Shown here piece by piece: positions 31,994 through 43,148 of a stretch of DNA of 64,000 nucleotides. This stretch comes from an uncultured Phycisphaerales bacterium. GTDB taxonomy: Bacteria; Planctomycetota; Phycisphaerae; Sedimentisphaerales; Anaerobacaceae. The notes below the pieces were generated by a model. The model was given only the letters and a program-made list of their open reading frames with translations. It was not told the DNA's origin and did no database searches. The first letter of the stretch is position 1. Each line of letters begins with the position of its first letter. The stretch is from positions 32,001-96,000 of the forward strand of contig CAVYYI010000002.1 of the NCBI GenBank assembly GCA_963772725.1, written 5' to 3'. A program made the position numbers and the translations under genes.

Positions 31994-33418
31994 CTAATTT
32001 TTTATTATTTCCAGTCGCAGAATTTTTTTAGTCGCGGATGAAACCTTTGTAAGTTCAGAAATTCGCACGGGACACAGCCAGATAATCTTTTTGCTGTCAG
32101 CGATAATAAATGTTTTTCTCCGCAGATGGAGCTGTGTATGCTGTGCGGTAAGAAACTTGCCTATTTTTTTCGCCCGCATTTGGCCTAAAGGAATAAAAAT
32201 GTCGCCGCGTGTGCGTAAACGCACCGTCAGTGGCAGACCGACTTTTTCCAAATCAAACCATTCCACGTACCGGCTCTTTGTAGCCTTGAATTTCTTAAAA
32301 TCGCATTTGGAGGCATCCAGAACAGCCGCTGTGATATGATAGTCTCCAAACTCAGTCACGCCTGGTATATTTACGGGAACTTCGGATTGCGGCGTCTCAT
32401 CTAAAAGCGTTGCCTTTTCGATAATCATTTTTCCATAATCATAATAAGCGATGAATCCGCCGGGCAATTTGTTTTTTTTGCCGGTCGTGTTTCGCCCCGA
32501 TAATTCGAGAAGCCTTTCGTAATGCTCCTGCGTTAAATCTCTTTCACCGCTGCCGAGCGACGCGAGACTCCTTCGCAGCAATTCTATTTTCACCGCCGGA
32601 TGCTGCGATGAAAATATTCGCAAATTCAGAATTACCCTGTTATCACCGCATTCGGCAATATCCCGCTGGAATTTATCGGTTGTGGCACAAATATCGCTGT
32701 AAAACTTTTGCGATGCCTGTGAAAGAGCGGCCAGCAGTTCCACAATCGAACCATCGGAATGCTTCTGCATTTCAGGAATAATACGATGCCGAATATAATT
32801 ACGCCGATAAACAATATCTGTATTAGTCCTGTCAGAACGCCATCGAATATTCCCGTCTTGAAGATATTTGACAATTTCGTCTCTTCTGACCGCAAGCAGC
32901 GGGCGAACGAATTTGACCCCGCTTTGGAATCCTTTTGCCGGCCAGATACCACCAAGCCCGCGAAAACCCGTGCCGCGAATCAACCGCTGTATAATCGTTT
33001 CAGCGTTGTCATCCTTGTGATGTGCCGTAGCAATCACATCGCAACCGCTGGTTTTAGCGATATCAGTTAAAATTTCTATACGCAGTCTGCGGGCGGCCGT
33101 CTCAATTGAAAGTTTATTTTCCTTCGCGAAAGTTTTTACATCCGCGCGCCTCAAAATCGCCTGCACATTCAGCCTGCCCGCCTGGTCGATAACAAATCTT
33201 TCGTCACCGTCGCTTTCATCGCCCCGCAACTGATGATTGATATGTACGCATAAAAAATCCGCCTTTATCAGGCCGTCCATTTTCAGTTTATGGAGAACAT
33301 GCAGCAATGCTGTTGAATCCGCCCCGCCGGAGACTGCCAATACAACCTTGCCGGCAGAAACGAAAAGCCCCTGGGACTTAATAAAATGAGCAATTTTATT
33401 TTCAAATTCGTTTGGCAT
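31994..33418 (-). CDS. tilS: tRNA(Ile)-lysidine synthase
   Basis: AVSGGADS, HINHQLRG, ETAARRLR, TAHHKDDNAET, RPLL and RNYIRH, plus the C-terminal TilS domain. Confidence 0.96.
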   Translation of the reverse strand: MPNEFENKIAHFIKSQGLFVSAGKVVLAVSGGADSTALLHVLHKLKMDGLIKADFLCVHINHQLRGDESDGDERFVIDQAGRLNVQAILRRADVKTFAKENKLSIETAARRLRIEILTDIAKTSGCDVIATAHHKDDNAETIIQRLIRGTGFRGLGGIWPAKGFQSGVKFVRPLLAVRRDEIVKYLQDGNIRWRSDRTNTDIVYRRNYIRHRIIPEMQKHSDGSIVELLAALSQASQKFYSDICATTDKFQRDIAECGDNRVILNLRIFSSQHPAVKIELLRRSLASLGSGERDLTQEHYERLLELSGRNTTGKKNKLPGGFIAYYDYGKMIIEKATLLDETPQSEVPVNIPGVTEFGDYHITAAVLDASKCDFKKFKATKSRYVEWFDLEKVGLPLTVRLRTRGDIFIPLGQMRAKKIGKFLTAQHTQLHLRRKTFIIADSKKIIWLCPVRISELTKVSSATKKILRLEIIKN

Positions 33419-33427
33419 TTAATATAT

Positions 33428-33461
33428 AAAGAAAACGGGCCTGACAATCCAGCCAGGCCCG
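33428..33461 (-). terminator. Intrinsic terminator-like hairpin
   Basis: CGGGCCTG-loop-CAGGCCCG followed by TTTTCTTT on the minus strand, downstream of the lipoprotein gene. Confidence 0.55.
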
Positions 33462-33499
33462 ACAATTACCACTCAACTTCATCTCGGCATTACAAAAAA

Positions 33500-34282
33500 C
33501 TATTTACCGAGTTTAAGGTCACTCTGCGTCAAATCCATAATCCGCTGTTCGGCGAACTGCCTGTCAACGGAATCCAGGTTCGGCTGCTGAACCGCCTGCT
33601 GGTAAAGCTCAAGAGCCTCGTTACGCCGTGCGAGATGCTGGTCAAGAATGAACGCCGCTTTAAACTTTGCCGGATTCTTGTTAGCCGGGTCCCACTGCCA
33701 CGTTCTCTGGTAATACAGAACCGCTATCGTCTGGTCGTTAAAATGTTCACAAATTCCCCCGATATGGAACGCTGCGTCCCCGATTTTATTGCTCGTCGGG
33801 AATTTTCCGATGAGCTGACAATACTTGTGCAAAGCAACCCTTAGCAGATTATCATCTATTACAACTACCAGTGCCTTGGCACGTTTTTCCGTTCTCAATG
33901 CGTCGTCATACATATAATCTGCTTCTGAAATCGAGCTGCTCGCCTTAAGTTCCGGGCCCGCTACCGCCGCTTCGATTATATAATTAAACTGAGGCATTGC
34001 ATCAAGGGCCTTCAACTCAGACCTCGCCCAGCCAAGCTTCATATTGTTGCCTGAATTGTTATAATAAGTTATCAGAGTTTCGAGACCCTGTCTGTACGCA
34101 TAACGATTGACGGCCATCTGCTCGATTATGTCCGTTTCGTTTCCTTTAATATCCGCCGCCGACACCGGAACAGCCTTAACCTTCGGCGGCATAATCTGCG
34201 ACGCTCCGCTATCAACCCGATAACAACCCGCCAGAACACTCACCAGCAACGCACTTACCGTAATTAAAACAACTCTTGCCAT
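33500..34282 (-). CDS. TPR-containing lipoprotein
   Basis: Lipobox VLAGC and TPR-like helices (KFPTSNKIGDAAFHIG, EALELYQQA). Confidence 0.75.
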   Translation of the reverse strand: MARVVLITVSALLVSVLAGCYRVDSGASQIMPPKVKAVPVSAADIKGNETDIIEQMAVNRYAYRQGLETLITYYNNSGNNMKLGWARSELKALDAMPQFNYIIEAAVAGPELKASSSISEADYMYDDALRTEKRAKALVVVIDDNLLRVALHKYCQLIGKFPTSNKIGDAAFHIGGICEHFNDQTIAVLYYQRTWQWDPANKNPAKFKAAFILDQHLARRNEALELYQQAVQQPNLDSVDRQFAEQRIMDLTQSDLKLGK

Positions 34283-34493
34283 AAGGCCTCCTTTCCAGGC
34301 TTAAACCTGATTCTTCAACACAAATTTAAAATTTCCATTTCTAAATTAACATTATAACCGCTTAAAGTAAAATAGATTTTAACCCGCTCGTCAAGAACAA
34401 TTGCCCGAAAAATGTTTGTTACTGCACAACGTTGATGTTAAAATAGCCATGAATTGAGAAATTTTTACATTACTGGTTCGCGGAGCAGGAAAA

Positions 34494-35987
34494 ATGAACG
34501 ATTTCGCGCGTTTTGAACAGCTTATATCCAACGGATGTTGCTGCATATCCATCGTTACTTATGAGGAAAAATACGCATTGGAGATTGCCCGCCAGGCGGC
34601 GAGAAACCTCAAACGAAATATGTGGATATGGTCTGCCTCGGAGGGAGTAAGAGACGGCCTTGCCATGCTCGATGAAACACCGCCTATCGCGGATACCGAT
34701 AACGCCGAAAAGGGTCTGACCAATCTGGCTGGTTCAAAACCCGGTACTATCTGCGTTACACTCGATATCGCCGAACAGCTCCGAACCGGAAAAGCTATGC
34801 GGATTCTCCGCGAGAATATCGAACAATTTCAAAAAACCAGCCAAGTACTTGTGTTGATTGACTCCACCGATAAACTGCCCGACGTGGTAAAATCCTACGC
34901 CAGAACTTTTGAACTCTCGTTTCCAGACGAAAAAGAACTGGAAGAAATCATCCGCGCGACCGTCCTACGTATCCACCGGAAAAAACCCATCGAGGTCGGC
35001 CTCACGCGCACCGGCCTGGACGTGATTGTCCGCAACCTTCGAGGCCTTACTCGCCGACAGGCGGAACAAATTATCAGCGATACTGTAACAGACGAATATA
35101 AATTTGACGACAACGATATAAACGCCATAATCGCCGGCAAGCGCCGCGTGATTCAGCAGAACGGCCTGCTCGAATATATTCAGACGCCTCTCGACCTCCA
35201 CGAAATTGGCGGTATGAAAAATCTTAAAAGATGGCTCGAAATCCGCAGGGACATTTTCAGCTCCAAAGCCAAATCTTTCGGCATAGAGGCACCCCGCGGC
35301 GTCCTGATGCTCGGTGTCCAGGGCGCGGGCAAAAGCCTCTGTGCCAAGGCAATCGCAACGGCGTGGCATCAGCCTCTATTAAAAATGGACCCCGGCACAC
35401 TCTACGCAAGTTACATCGGCGAATCCGAGAGAAATCTTCGGCAGGCCCTTGCGCAGGTGGAGATGATGTCACCTGTCGTTCTGTGGATTGACGAGATTGA
35501 AAAGGCGTTCGCCTCGGCGGCAAGCCGAAGCGCAGATGGCGGTCTCTCACAGCGAATGTTCGGAACCCTCCTTACCTGGCTGCAGGAACACAAGGAACCC
35601 GTCTTTGTGGTCGCCACTGCCAACGATATTGAGGCCCTGCCTCCAGAACTGCTCCGCAAAGGCCGATTCGATGAGATTTTCTTTGTTGACCTGCCAAATA
35701 AGGAAACACGCAGCGAAATTTTCACTATCCATCTCCGCAAAAGACAGAGAGACCCCAAAAAGTTCGACCTGGCAGCCCTCGCGCAGGTCAGCGACGGTTA
35801 CAGCGGCTCCGAAATAGAGCAGGCCATTATTTCATCGCTCCACGAAGCCTATGCCAATAGTAAAGAAGTCGATACCGACACTATTATAACCGTGCTGAAA
35901 ACCTCCCCACCGCTGTCGGCCACAATGGCTGAAAAAGTCCAATCGCTGCTGGCATGGTCTAAAGGAAGATGCGTCCCCGCCGATTAA
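34494..35987 (+). CDS. AAA+ ATPase, Ycf46-like
   Basis: IGGMKNLKRWL, GVQGAGKS, LWIDEIEK, ATAND, LPPELLRKGRFDEIFFVDLP. Confidence 0.9.
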   Translation: MNDFARFEQLISNGCCCISIVTYEEKYALEIARQAARNLKRNMWIWSASEGVRDGLAMLDETPPIADTDNAEKGLTNLAGSKPGTICVTLDIAEQLRTGKAMRILRENIEQFQKTSQVLVLIDSTDKLPDVVKSYARTFELSFPDEKELEEIIRATVLRIHRKKPIEVGLTRTGLDVIVRNLRGLTRRQAEQIISDTVTDEYKFDDNDINAIIAGKRRVIQQNGLLEYIQTPLDLHEIGGMKNLKRWLEIRRDIFSSKAKSFGIEAPRGVLMLGVQGAGKSLCAKAIATAWHQPLLKMDPGTLYASYIGESERNLRQALAQVEMMSPVVLWIDEIEKAFASAASRSADGGLSQRMFGTLLTWLQEHKEPVFVVATANDIEALPPELLRKGRFDEIFFVDLPNKETRSEIFTIHLRKRQRDPKKFDLAALAQVSDGYSGSEIEQAIISSLHEAYANSKEVDTDTIITVLKTSPPLSATMAEKVQSLLAWSKGRCVPAD

Positions 35988-36096
35988 CTCTCCCTTGGCA
36001 GACAAAAACGCCAATGCCAGTTACGGGAAATCAAAAGACAGTAAGCAAATCGTTGAAAGCAATGCCCCCAAAATCGGCAAAGCACCGGATAATGCC

Positions 36097-36186
36097 AAAG
36101 CGAGAAAAATTGTTTTTATAATGACCGATACGCAACGATGGGATATGGTGGACTGTTACGGCAATAAAGCATTGATTTTATCGTGA
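36097..36186 (+). pseudogene. Sulfatase N-terminal remnant
   Basis: KIVFIMTDTQRWDMVDCYGN resembles the first strand of sulfatases and is followed immediately by a stop. Confidence 0.55.
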
Positions 36187-36204
36187 AACGGCAAAGCGGC
36201 AGCT

Positions 36205-37293
36205 CTATAAGAATTTTTCGCCCTGATGCTGCCTAATCAGTTCGAGAAGGTCTTTGAGTCTATGAGCCTGGTCGCGTGTGCAAACAAGGGTGGCATCGGG
36301 GGTATGGGCAACGACCATATCATTTAGACCTATAACCGCAATGAGGTGGCCTTTATCCTCGGTAACTATGATGCTGTTTTTGCAGTCAAGCAGTTCGCTT
36401 TTGCCGGCGACAACAATATTATTGTCTTTGTCGGAACTTATAAAATCCGCCAGCGCCGCGAAAGAACCCATATCGAGCCAGCGACAGTTGAGTTTTATGG
36501 CGTAAACATTTTCAGCTTTTTCCATAACCGCGAAATCAATACTGATTTTGGGCAGCCTCGGAAACCATTCCTGGAGCGTCGCCTGCTGGTTGGGACTATC
36601 CCATGCGAATTTTATTTTATTGAGCGGTTCAACTGCTTCAGGTAGAAATTTTTCGATATAAGCAAGAATGGTCTTTGCCTTCCAGACAAACAAACCGGAA
36701 TTCCAGAGATATTCGCCTGAATCGATATATTTTTGCGCCGTGGATACATCCGGTTTTTCCTTAAAGGCCTCAACGGAATAAATTTTATTTTTGCAGTTGG
36801 AACATTTTATGGCAGAACCACATTTTATATAACCAAGCTGTGTACTGGCGAAGGTCGGCATAATCCCAAAAGTCAGCAGGTAATCAGGATTTTTGTTCAC
36901 GAAGGTTGCGGCGTCTTTAAAGGCGGCCTGGAGCGCATCGGCTGGTTCTATAAGCTGGTCCGCCGTGACAATGGACATCGTGGCCTGCGGGTCATATTTT
37001 GAAATAACTGTTGCAGCCAGGCTGATAGCTCCAGCAGTATCACGCACAACGGGTTCGGCAATAATATTGTTCATAGGCAGTTCAGGCAGATTTTCACGGA
37101 CAAGACCGGCATAACCGGCATTTGTAAGAACAATAATATTTCGTATATCAAAAATTGGCAACAAGCGGTCAAAGCACTGACGCAGGAGAGTCTGACCGTC
37201 GAGGAGTTTGAGCATTTGTTTAGGGCGTTTGGTGCGGCTAAGCGGCCATAGACGCTTGCCTTCGCCCCCTGCCATTATTATCGCGTAATCCAT
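36205..37293 (-). CDS. manC: Mannose-1-phosphate guanylyltransferase
   Basis: IIMAGGEGKRLWPLSR..RPKQ, EPVVRDTA, FKEKP, WNSGLFVW, ISIDFAVMEK and WLDMGS motifs. Confidence 0.93.
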   Translation of the reverse strand: MDYAIIMAGGEGKRLWPLSRTKRPKQMLKLLDGQTLLRQCFDRLLPIFDIRNIIVLTNAGYAGLVRENLPELPMNNIIAEPVVRDTAGAISLAATVISKYDPQATMSIVTADQLIEPADALQAAFKDAATFVNKNPDYLLTFGIMPTFASTQLGYIKCGSAIKCSNCKNKIYSVEAFKEKPDVSTAQKYIDSGEYLWNSGLFVWKAKTILAYIEKFLPEAVEPLNKIKFAWDSPNQQATLQEWFPRLPKISIDFAVMEKAENVYAIKLNCRWLDMGSFAALADFISSDKDNNIVVAGKSELLDCKNSIIVTEDKGHLIAVIGLNDMVVAHTPDATLVCTRDQAHRLKDLLELIRQHQGEKFL

Positions 37294-37575
37294 AGGTAAA
37301 TCCTTTTTCGCTGAAATCAATCAGTTTTAATCTATCACACAAGGAAATTATTGTCAACTTTCTTCAATAGTAGAATTTATTCCGCGATTTATCCGCCGAT
37401 GTCTTTTTTCGAGCTTCCTTATTAAATTATGCATCAGAAAGACAGCGCATTTTATCATAAGAGTTTTGGTTTGTCCCGTATTAAATTTGACAACAACAAC
37501 GCTGCTTTCGCTCATAACAACAGCATCAAACGCGGCATAAAGAATCTGGAACTCCGCTCAACAACAAATAACCGT

Positions 37576-38061
37576 TTATTGGCCGTTTTTGTTTTCGATT
37601 CGCCGTCGCGCAAAGAAATCTTGGAGTTGCTCCCTGCATTGTGTCATTAGCACACCAGATGTAACTTCCAGCCTATGGTTCAGACGTTCATCCTGCACAA
37701 TATTATACAAACTTTTGCACGCCCCCGTCTTGGGGTCATCGCAGCCGTAAACTAATCTATCCATCCTGCTCAATACCAGCGCCCCCGCACACATCGGGCA
37801 AGGCTCAAGCGTAACATAAATCGTACAGCCGTTCAGTCGCCAGCTTTCCAATGCCGCTGCGGCCTGCGTCAAAGCGATTATCTCCGCGTGCGCTGTCGGG
37901 TCATTGAGCTGCTCTCGCTGATTATACGCCCTGCCTATAATCTGCCCATTATGAACAATTACCGCCCCTATCGGCACATCCCCGTTCTCCCGGGCAATCT
38001 CAGCCGCCTCTATCGCCGCCCGCATATAGCGTTCATCAAGTCCTTTATCTATTTGTTCCAT
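37576..38061 (-). CDS. tadA: tRNA adenosine(34) deaminase
   Basis: VPIGAVIV, DPTAHAEI, TLEPCPMCAGA and DPKTGA motifs. Confidence 0.96.
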   Translation of the reverse strand: MEQIDKGLDERYMRAAIEAAEIARENGDVPIGAVIVHNGQIIGRAYNQREQLNDPTAHAEIIALTQAAAALESWRLNGCTIYVTLEPCPMCAGALVLSRMDRLVYGCDDPKTGACKSLYNIVQDERLNHRLEVTSGVLMTQCREQLQDFFARRRIENKNGQ

Positions 38062-38067
38062 ACTATT

Positions 38068-40139
38068 TTATTTTTTCCCTGTCAGCTCATCAGCCAGCTC
38101 ACCAGCGTCATATACCTTCCGCAAAGCCTCAACTATCGCTTGAGAATTTACAGAAACCGCCCGCGCAATAACATCTGTGTAAATAAAGTCAAGCACAAGC
38201 GATTGAATATTGCCGTCAAAAATTATGCCGACAAACTCGCCATTGCGGTTTACAACCGGGCTGCCCGAATTACCGCCGATTATATCTGCGGTAGAAACAA
38301 AATTAAGCGGTGTATTCAAATTGAGCTTGTCTTTACAGTCGAGCCAGCGTTGAGGAAGATTAAACGGCGGTTTGTATTGATGGCTGGCCGCCCGCTCGTA
38401 CAAGCCCGCAATAGCGGTTTGAAATGGAATCGACTGACCGTTTTCCTCATAGCCTTTAACCGTACCCAACGCCAAACGCAACGTGAATGTCGCGTCAGGA
38501 TACAAACCTGTTTTTTCCACCGCGAACCTGGCACAGGTAATCTTAGCGTGCGCCTGCCGCTTAATCTCATCCTGCGTTTCAACAATTTTTCGCACGGCAC
38601 GCGTCTGGGGATCGATTAGTCTGGCCAGTTCTATCATGGGGTCATTTGCCGCTTTTACCTCGGCTGCGGTACCAGCATAAAGTTTCTTGCGTAATGCCAC
38701 GTCTTTTAACTTCGTTCCCGAAACCAGTTCGGCGACACGCTCTTGAGGCGACTTACCAGCCAGAACCTTCTGTACCAGCTCGTTGGAATACCCAATTTGC
38801 TCAACCAGCCATGTCAAAGAATCGGCCAGCTTTATCTGCTCAAAATCATTATAAATCGGCTCTTCCGAAAAAAGTGCAAATTCGAGCGATTCGAGATTCG
38901 AATCACGGTATTCACGGAGACGCTGCCCGCTGGGTTTGGGCTTTTCTTCCACCGCACGCAGAATAGTCCTGGCAATATCGAAAAGCGTACTGTTGAAACC
39001 ATGGGCGTCTTCAAGCAATCGGTATTCTTTCGCGTTGCGGCCCATAACCTGCTGAGCCTCCGCGATACGGTCGAATGACGACAATAACTCTTTTGTATTG
39101 GGGTCTTTTTCCATTTCAGCACGCAATTTTTGTTCGGCTGTCTGCTTTTGTTTGATAAGCACAGGGTCGAGCAGGCCCGCAAACATTCCATTACGCGCCT
39201 TGCGGCTGTTTTGAACGCCAAACAGCATTTCCTTGGCGCGACGGGCGTTTTCGTCGTTTCTTATACCGTAAGCCAGCAGCGTTACTTCAAGATTATACAG
39301 CCTCTGCAAAGTATAAGGGAAATACTGGTCTCGCATATACTCCAGTTCTGTCACCGTTAATTGCCTGCTGGTATGACCTGGATTTCCGGAAACAAAAACC
39401 AGTTCCCCATCTTTGACACCGCCGACACTCCATCTGAGATAATCACCGACCTTGGCCGGCTCATTGTTTTCATAAGCCCTGAACAGGCTGATATCAAGGT
39501 CATAGCGAGGATATTCGAAATTGTCCGGGTCTCCCCCGAAAAAAGCGATTTGCTGTTCGGCGCAAACACGAGACGAACATCTGTGTATTTCTTATAGCAG
39601 TATAAATGATATTGACCGCCCTCGTACAATGTTACCACATCGCTGCGCAATCCGGTTTTTGCAAGTGATTCCTTTTCGATTTCCGCCATTACAGCACGGC
39701 GGGCTATAAATGCATCCTCTGCGTTCATATCGGCTTTCACCGCCGCGTTGACCCTGGCCGTTACATCCTCAATACTTATCAGAACATTCAGTTCCAAATC
39801 AAGGCATCGCTTCTCCTGGCCTCGATTGCGAGCGTGAAAACCGTCTCGATAGTAATCATGCTGGGCGTCGCTGAACTTCTGCAACGCGTCCGCTCCCACA
39901 TGGTGGTTGGTGATAATCAGGCCGTCCGCGGATACAAACGAACCGGAGCCGCCGTTGTTGAATCGCACAGAAGATTTTTGAATATGCTCCAGCCACGTAT
40001 TCGTCGGCTCAAATCCGTATCTATCTTTAAGCAATTGACGCGGCGGGTCGTTGTAAAGCCACATCCCCTCATCAGCGTTAACGATATTACAAATTATGAT
40101 AATTAGTCCTGTTATCAGTTTGGTAAAATTTTGTCTCAT
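38068..40139 (-). CDS. S46 family dipeptidyl peptidase (frameshift near 39560)
   Basis: Signal peptide then ADEGMW, GSFVSADGLIITNHHV, DVRLVFAP, YPDATFTLRL and DIIGGNSGSP. Confidence 0.92.
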
Positions 40140-40548
40140 ATTTTTCGCCTCTTTATTTACCTTAAGATAAACTTATGCTTTCTTTCCCAATTCACCCACT
40201 TGTCCGTTCAGTTACACCTGCTTTCCAATGCCGCCGCCTGTTCGATAGCTAATTGCACTAAATATCCATCACCGCTGGAATTTATCATTTATCAACTTAA
40301 ACAATTTATTCGCCATTTTGGTGTCCAGAGTTTTTAAGATTTTGTATCGTTCAATAGCTGAATCTCTGTCACCAAGCATAACACAAATCGCGCCAAAATT
40401 AAAGTGTGTTTCAACCAAATCCGGCTTTATTTTTAAAGCCTGCCTATAAGCTTCTTTCGCGTCTTCGTAACGACCGAGTTTTCCATATATACTGCCGAGA
40501 TTATTATACGACGAAAAGTCGTCCGGCTTGAGTTTTATAGCCTGTTTA

Positions 40549-41671
40549 TACTGCTTACGATTGAATTTTCCTGTTTTTATGCAGCTTGAATGTGAAAGTT
40601 TTCTGTCAGTAATGCTCTCAGTTCCGGCAAATATTTCTTTCTCTTCCGGAAAAAGCTCTCACATGCTCGCTTGAATTCACCAAACGTTTCATAGTAGCGA
40701 TTGTTCAGCACTTTTTTCTTAAAAAACTTCCAGTACCGTTCAATCAGATTCAGATTCGGCGAGTATGACGGCAAAAAGATCAATTTGATTTTCGTCCCCT
40801 CGGTATACTCTTTTAACAAACGTGAACGATAATATCGAGCATTGTCAACAATGATGTAAATCCTTTTGGCCTCCGGATGTTTTGCTTCGATCTTAGAGAA
40901 CAAATCAATGGTCGAATTCGCATTGATCGTGTCATAAAACCCTGTCGTTGGCTCCAGTGTTTCGATGTTAATCGCACCATTGATATTCAATCGCTGGCGG
41001 CCACAGTTGGCTTTGAGTTCTTTTTCCTTTCCCGTCTTAATCCAGCCGTAAGAAGGAATGCTGTTGTGCTGCGGGTGGGTGGCATCGGCGAAATAAATTG
41101 GGTCGTTTTGACTTTTGCTTGCCTTGATCTGTTCATATTCCTCGAGAAATGCCTGTTGCTTGATGGGGTCTTGTTTACCGGGAACATGTGTCGGCTTCTT
41201 GTAGGAAAATCCAAGACGATGCAGCAAATCGGTGACTCCGCTGACGGAGTAATGGACCACATACTGCTTGTCAATGTGAGCGATAACCGATTTGGCATCG
41301 GGGAAAATATGATCTTCGAGATATGCCTCAAGTTCGCTCATTTGATGTTCATCGAGTTTCGGTTCTGCGCCGGGATAGTTGTCATCCAGCAATGCCTGGA
41401 AACCGTCTTGCCGATACCGCTCGAAATAGCCCCGTGATGTCTTCTCATCGAAAAGAAGTATCTCGGCCACCTGAGCCGCCGACCATCCCTTTGCTAAAGC
41501 AATGACCGCTTTGACCCGGTCGGCCTGACGCTTATCACGCAACGAACGATGCAATGCCTCCAGTTCAGCTATTTTTTCTTTTGACAACTTATAATCCTTC
41601 ATATACGCTGTTTATCGGACAGAAGGTGCTTTTTGATTGAAAAATACGGAATTTTTCAATCAAGAGTAGTA
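40549..41671 (-). mobile_element. IS630-family insertion sequence
   Basis: Imperfect terminal inverted repeats TACTGCTTACGATTGAA / TACTACTCTTGATTGAA; TA duplicated at 40547-40548 and 41672-41673; removal restores the host frame (D-A-F-K-Q-A). Confidence 0.92.
40577..41602 (-). CDS. IS630 transposase
   Basis: N-terminal HTH, then FADATHP, IVDNARY and LPSYSPNLNLIERYW. Confidence 0.95.
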   Translation of the reverse strand: MKDYKLSKEKIAELEALHRSLRDKRQADRVKAVIALAKGWSAAQVAEILLFDEKTSRGYFERYRQDGFQALLDDNYPGAEPKLDEHQMSELEAYLEDHIFPDAKSVIAHIDKQYVVHYSVSGVTDLLHRLGFSYKKPTHVPGKQDPIKQQAFLEEYEQIKASKSQNDPIYFADATHPQHNSIPSYGWIKTGKEKELKANCGRQRLNINGAINIETLEPTTGFYDTINANSTIDLFSKIEAKHPEAKRIYIIVDNARYYRSRLLKEYTEGTKIKLIFLPSYSPNLNLIERYWKFFKKKVLNNRYYETFGEFKRACESFFRKRKKYLPELRALLTENFHIQAA

Positions 41672-43148
41672 TAAAAGCATCCATCGCTTCCTTATGATGT
41701 CCGAGCTTGTTATAGGCAATGCCGAGATTATTGCATGCCATCCACGAATCCGGATTCTTGGCAAGTGTGTCACGCCAAAGAGATTCCGTATCCTTGTAGA
41801 TAAAACATTGACGATATGTCAGCGTACCTAATGTAATCAGAATCGCCACGGCAATCATGGCCGCTGCCAGTTTGCCCTGTTTATTGAGTCTAATCGCCGC
41901 ACGATAACAGACCCCTGCAAAGACAGATATTATCCCGATGTCGGCAAAATATTGATAATGGTCGGCAACATACGTATAAAGAAAAGTATAAAGCGAGATA
42001 AATCCCAGCACAGGTAACAGTGTGACCGCAAAAAAAACAACGCCGGCAATTGCGCCTTTGCTGATTTTCTTTCTCCAATACCATAAAGCTAACGCTCCGG
42101 CAAAACACAAAGCAGGCCATAGATATTGTGCAGCCGCTGCAGAATCAATCTTCCACTGAGGATAACTGAAAGTCAGTTCGGCAGGCCAAAAAAGTTTGCC
42201 TACATAAAAACACAAGGCATGGCCAGCAATTAAACATCGCTCAGCAAGACTAAAATCAAGCCCGACAGACTTCGTCCCCTGGTGATGATTTTCCCACCAT
42301 ATCGCCAGAAGTCCCGACGCCAGGCCAAGTAAAAGATAAGGTATAACCTGCAGCCATCGTTTCCAATTGACCGGTATGTTTTTCAGCCACAATACCAGAA
42401 CAAGCGCAACAGGCAATGTGCAGGCCGTACTTTTGGCCGCAAGAGCAAGGACATAAAACAACACAGACAAAATATAAAAATGCCGACAACTTCGCAAATT
42501 ATGCGAACGTTCCGCAAAATTGACCCACGAAATAAGCGACAGCAATGCTAAAAAAACCATCAGCACATTTTTGCGCTCAGTTATCCACGCCACAGATTCT
42601 ACATTCACAGGGTGCAGGGCGAAAATAGCCGCCGCAAACCAAGCTCCGGGTATCATTAATCGCCGCAATAAAAACCACAAAAGCAATGCGTTAGCCGCGT
42701 GAAATATTATATTTGTAACGTGATAGCCTGTCGGATTAAGCTTCCACAGCCCGTATTCCGCACGAAAGCTCGTGTAGGTCAAAGGAAAATACTGCGATGG
42801 AGAATCAGTGCTAAACCATATCCGGCAAAGCCCGTCCGGTGCATGCAAAAGTTCATTTTCAGTAACATAGCGGTTGTCATCCCAGATGAACCCCGCACGC
42901 ATCACAGGCATATAAGATAAAAAGCAGGCAGCTACGATAACCACTGCTCCCGCTAACAGAAATCTGCTGTTCCCAGACGCTTTTATACTCATTCTTACAT
43001 CTATTTATATTAAAGCATTATGATTGTAAAATCCTTTTTTGCACAGTACGGCTGGGTGGACGATTATCGAACTATTGTATCCACTTATCCAGTTACTCTC
43101 AACCAGTGTCCGTCATCTGTTTAGCACCTCAGTTTTTGAATGTACTGG

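Larger units (their letters stand above)
40269..42992 (-). pseudogene. Multi-pass membrane + TPR protein (TMTC/O-glycosyltransferase-like) interrupted by IS630
   Basis: FIWDD, HPVNVESVAWITERK, ADHYQY and LWRDTL motifs. TPR repeats resume on the far side of the IS (KQAIKLKPDDFSSYNNLG...) and end at a TGA at 40269. Confidence 0.85.
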
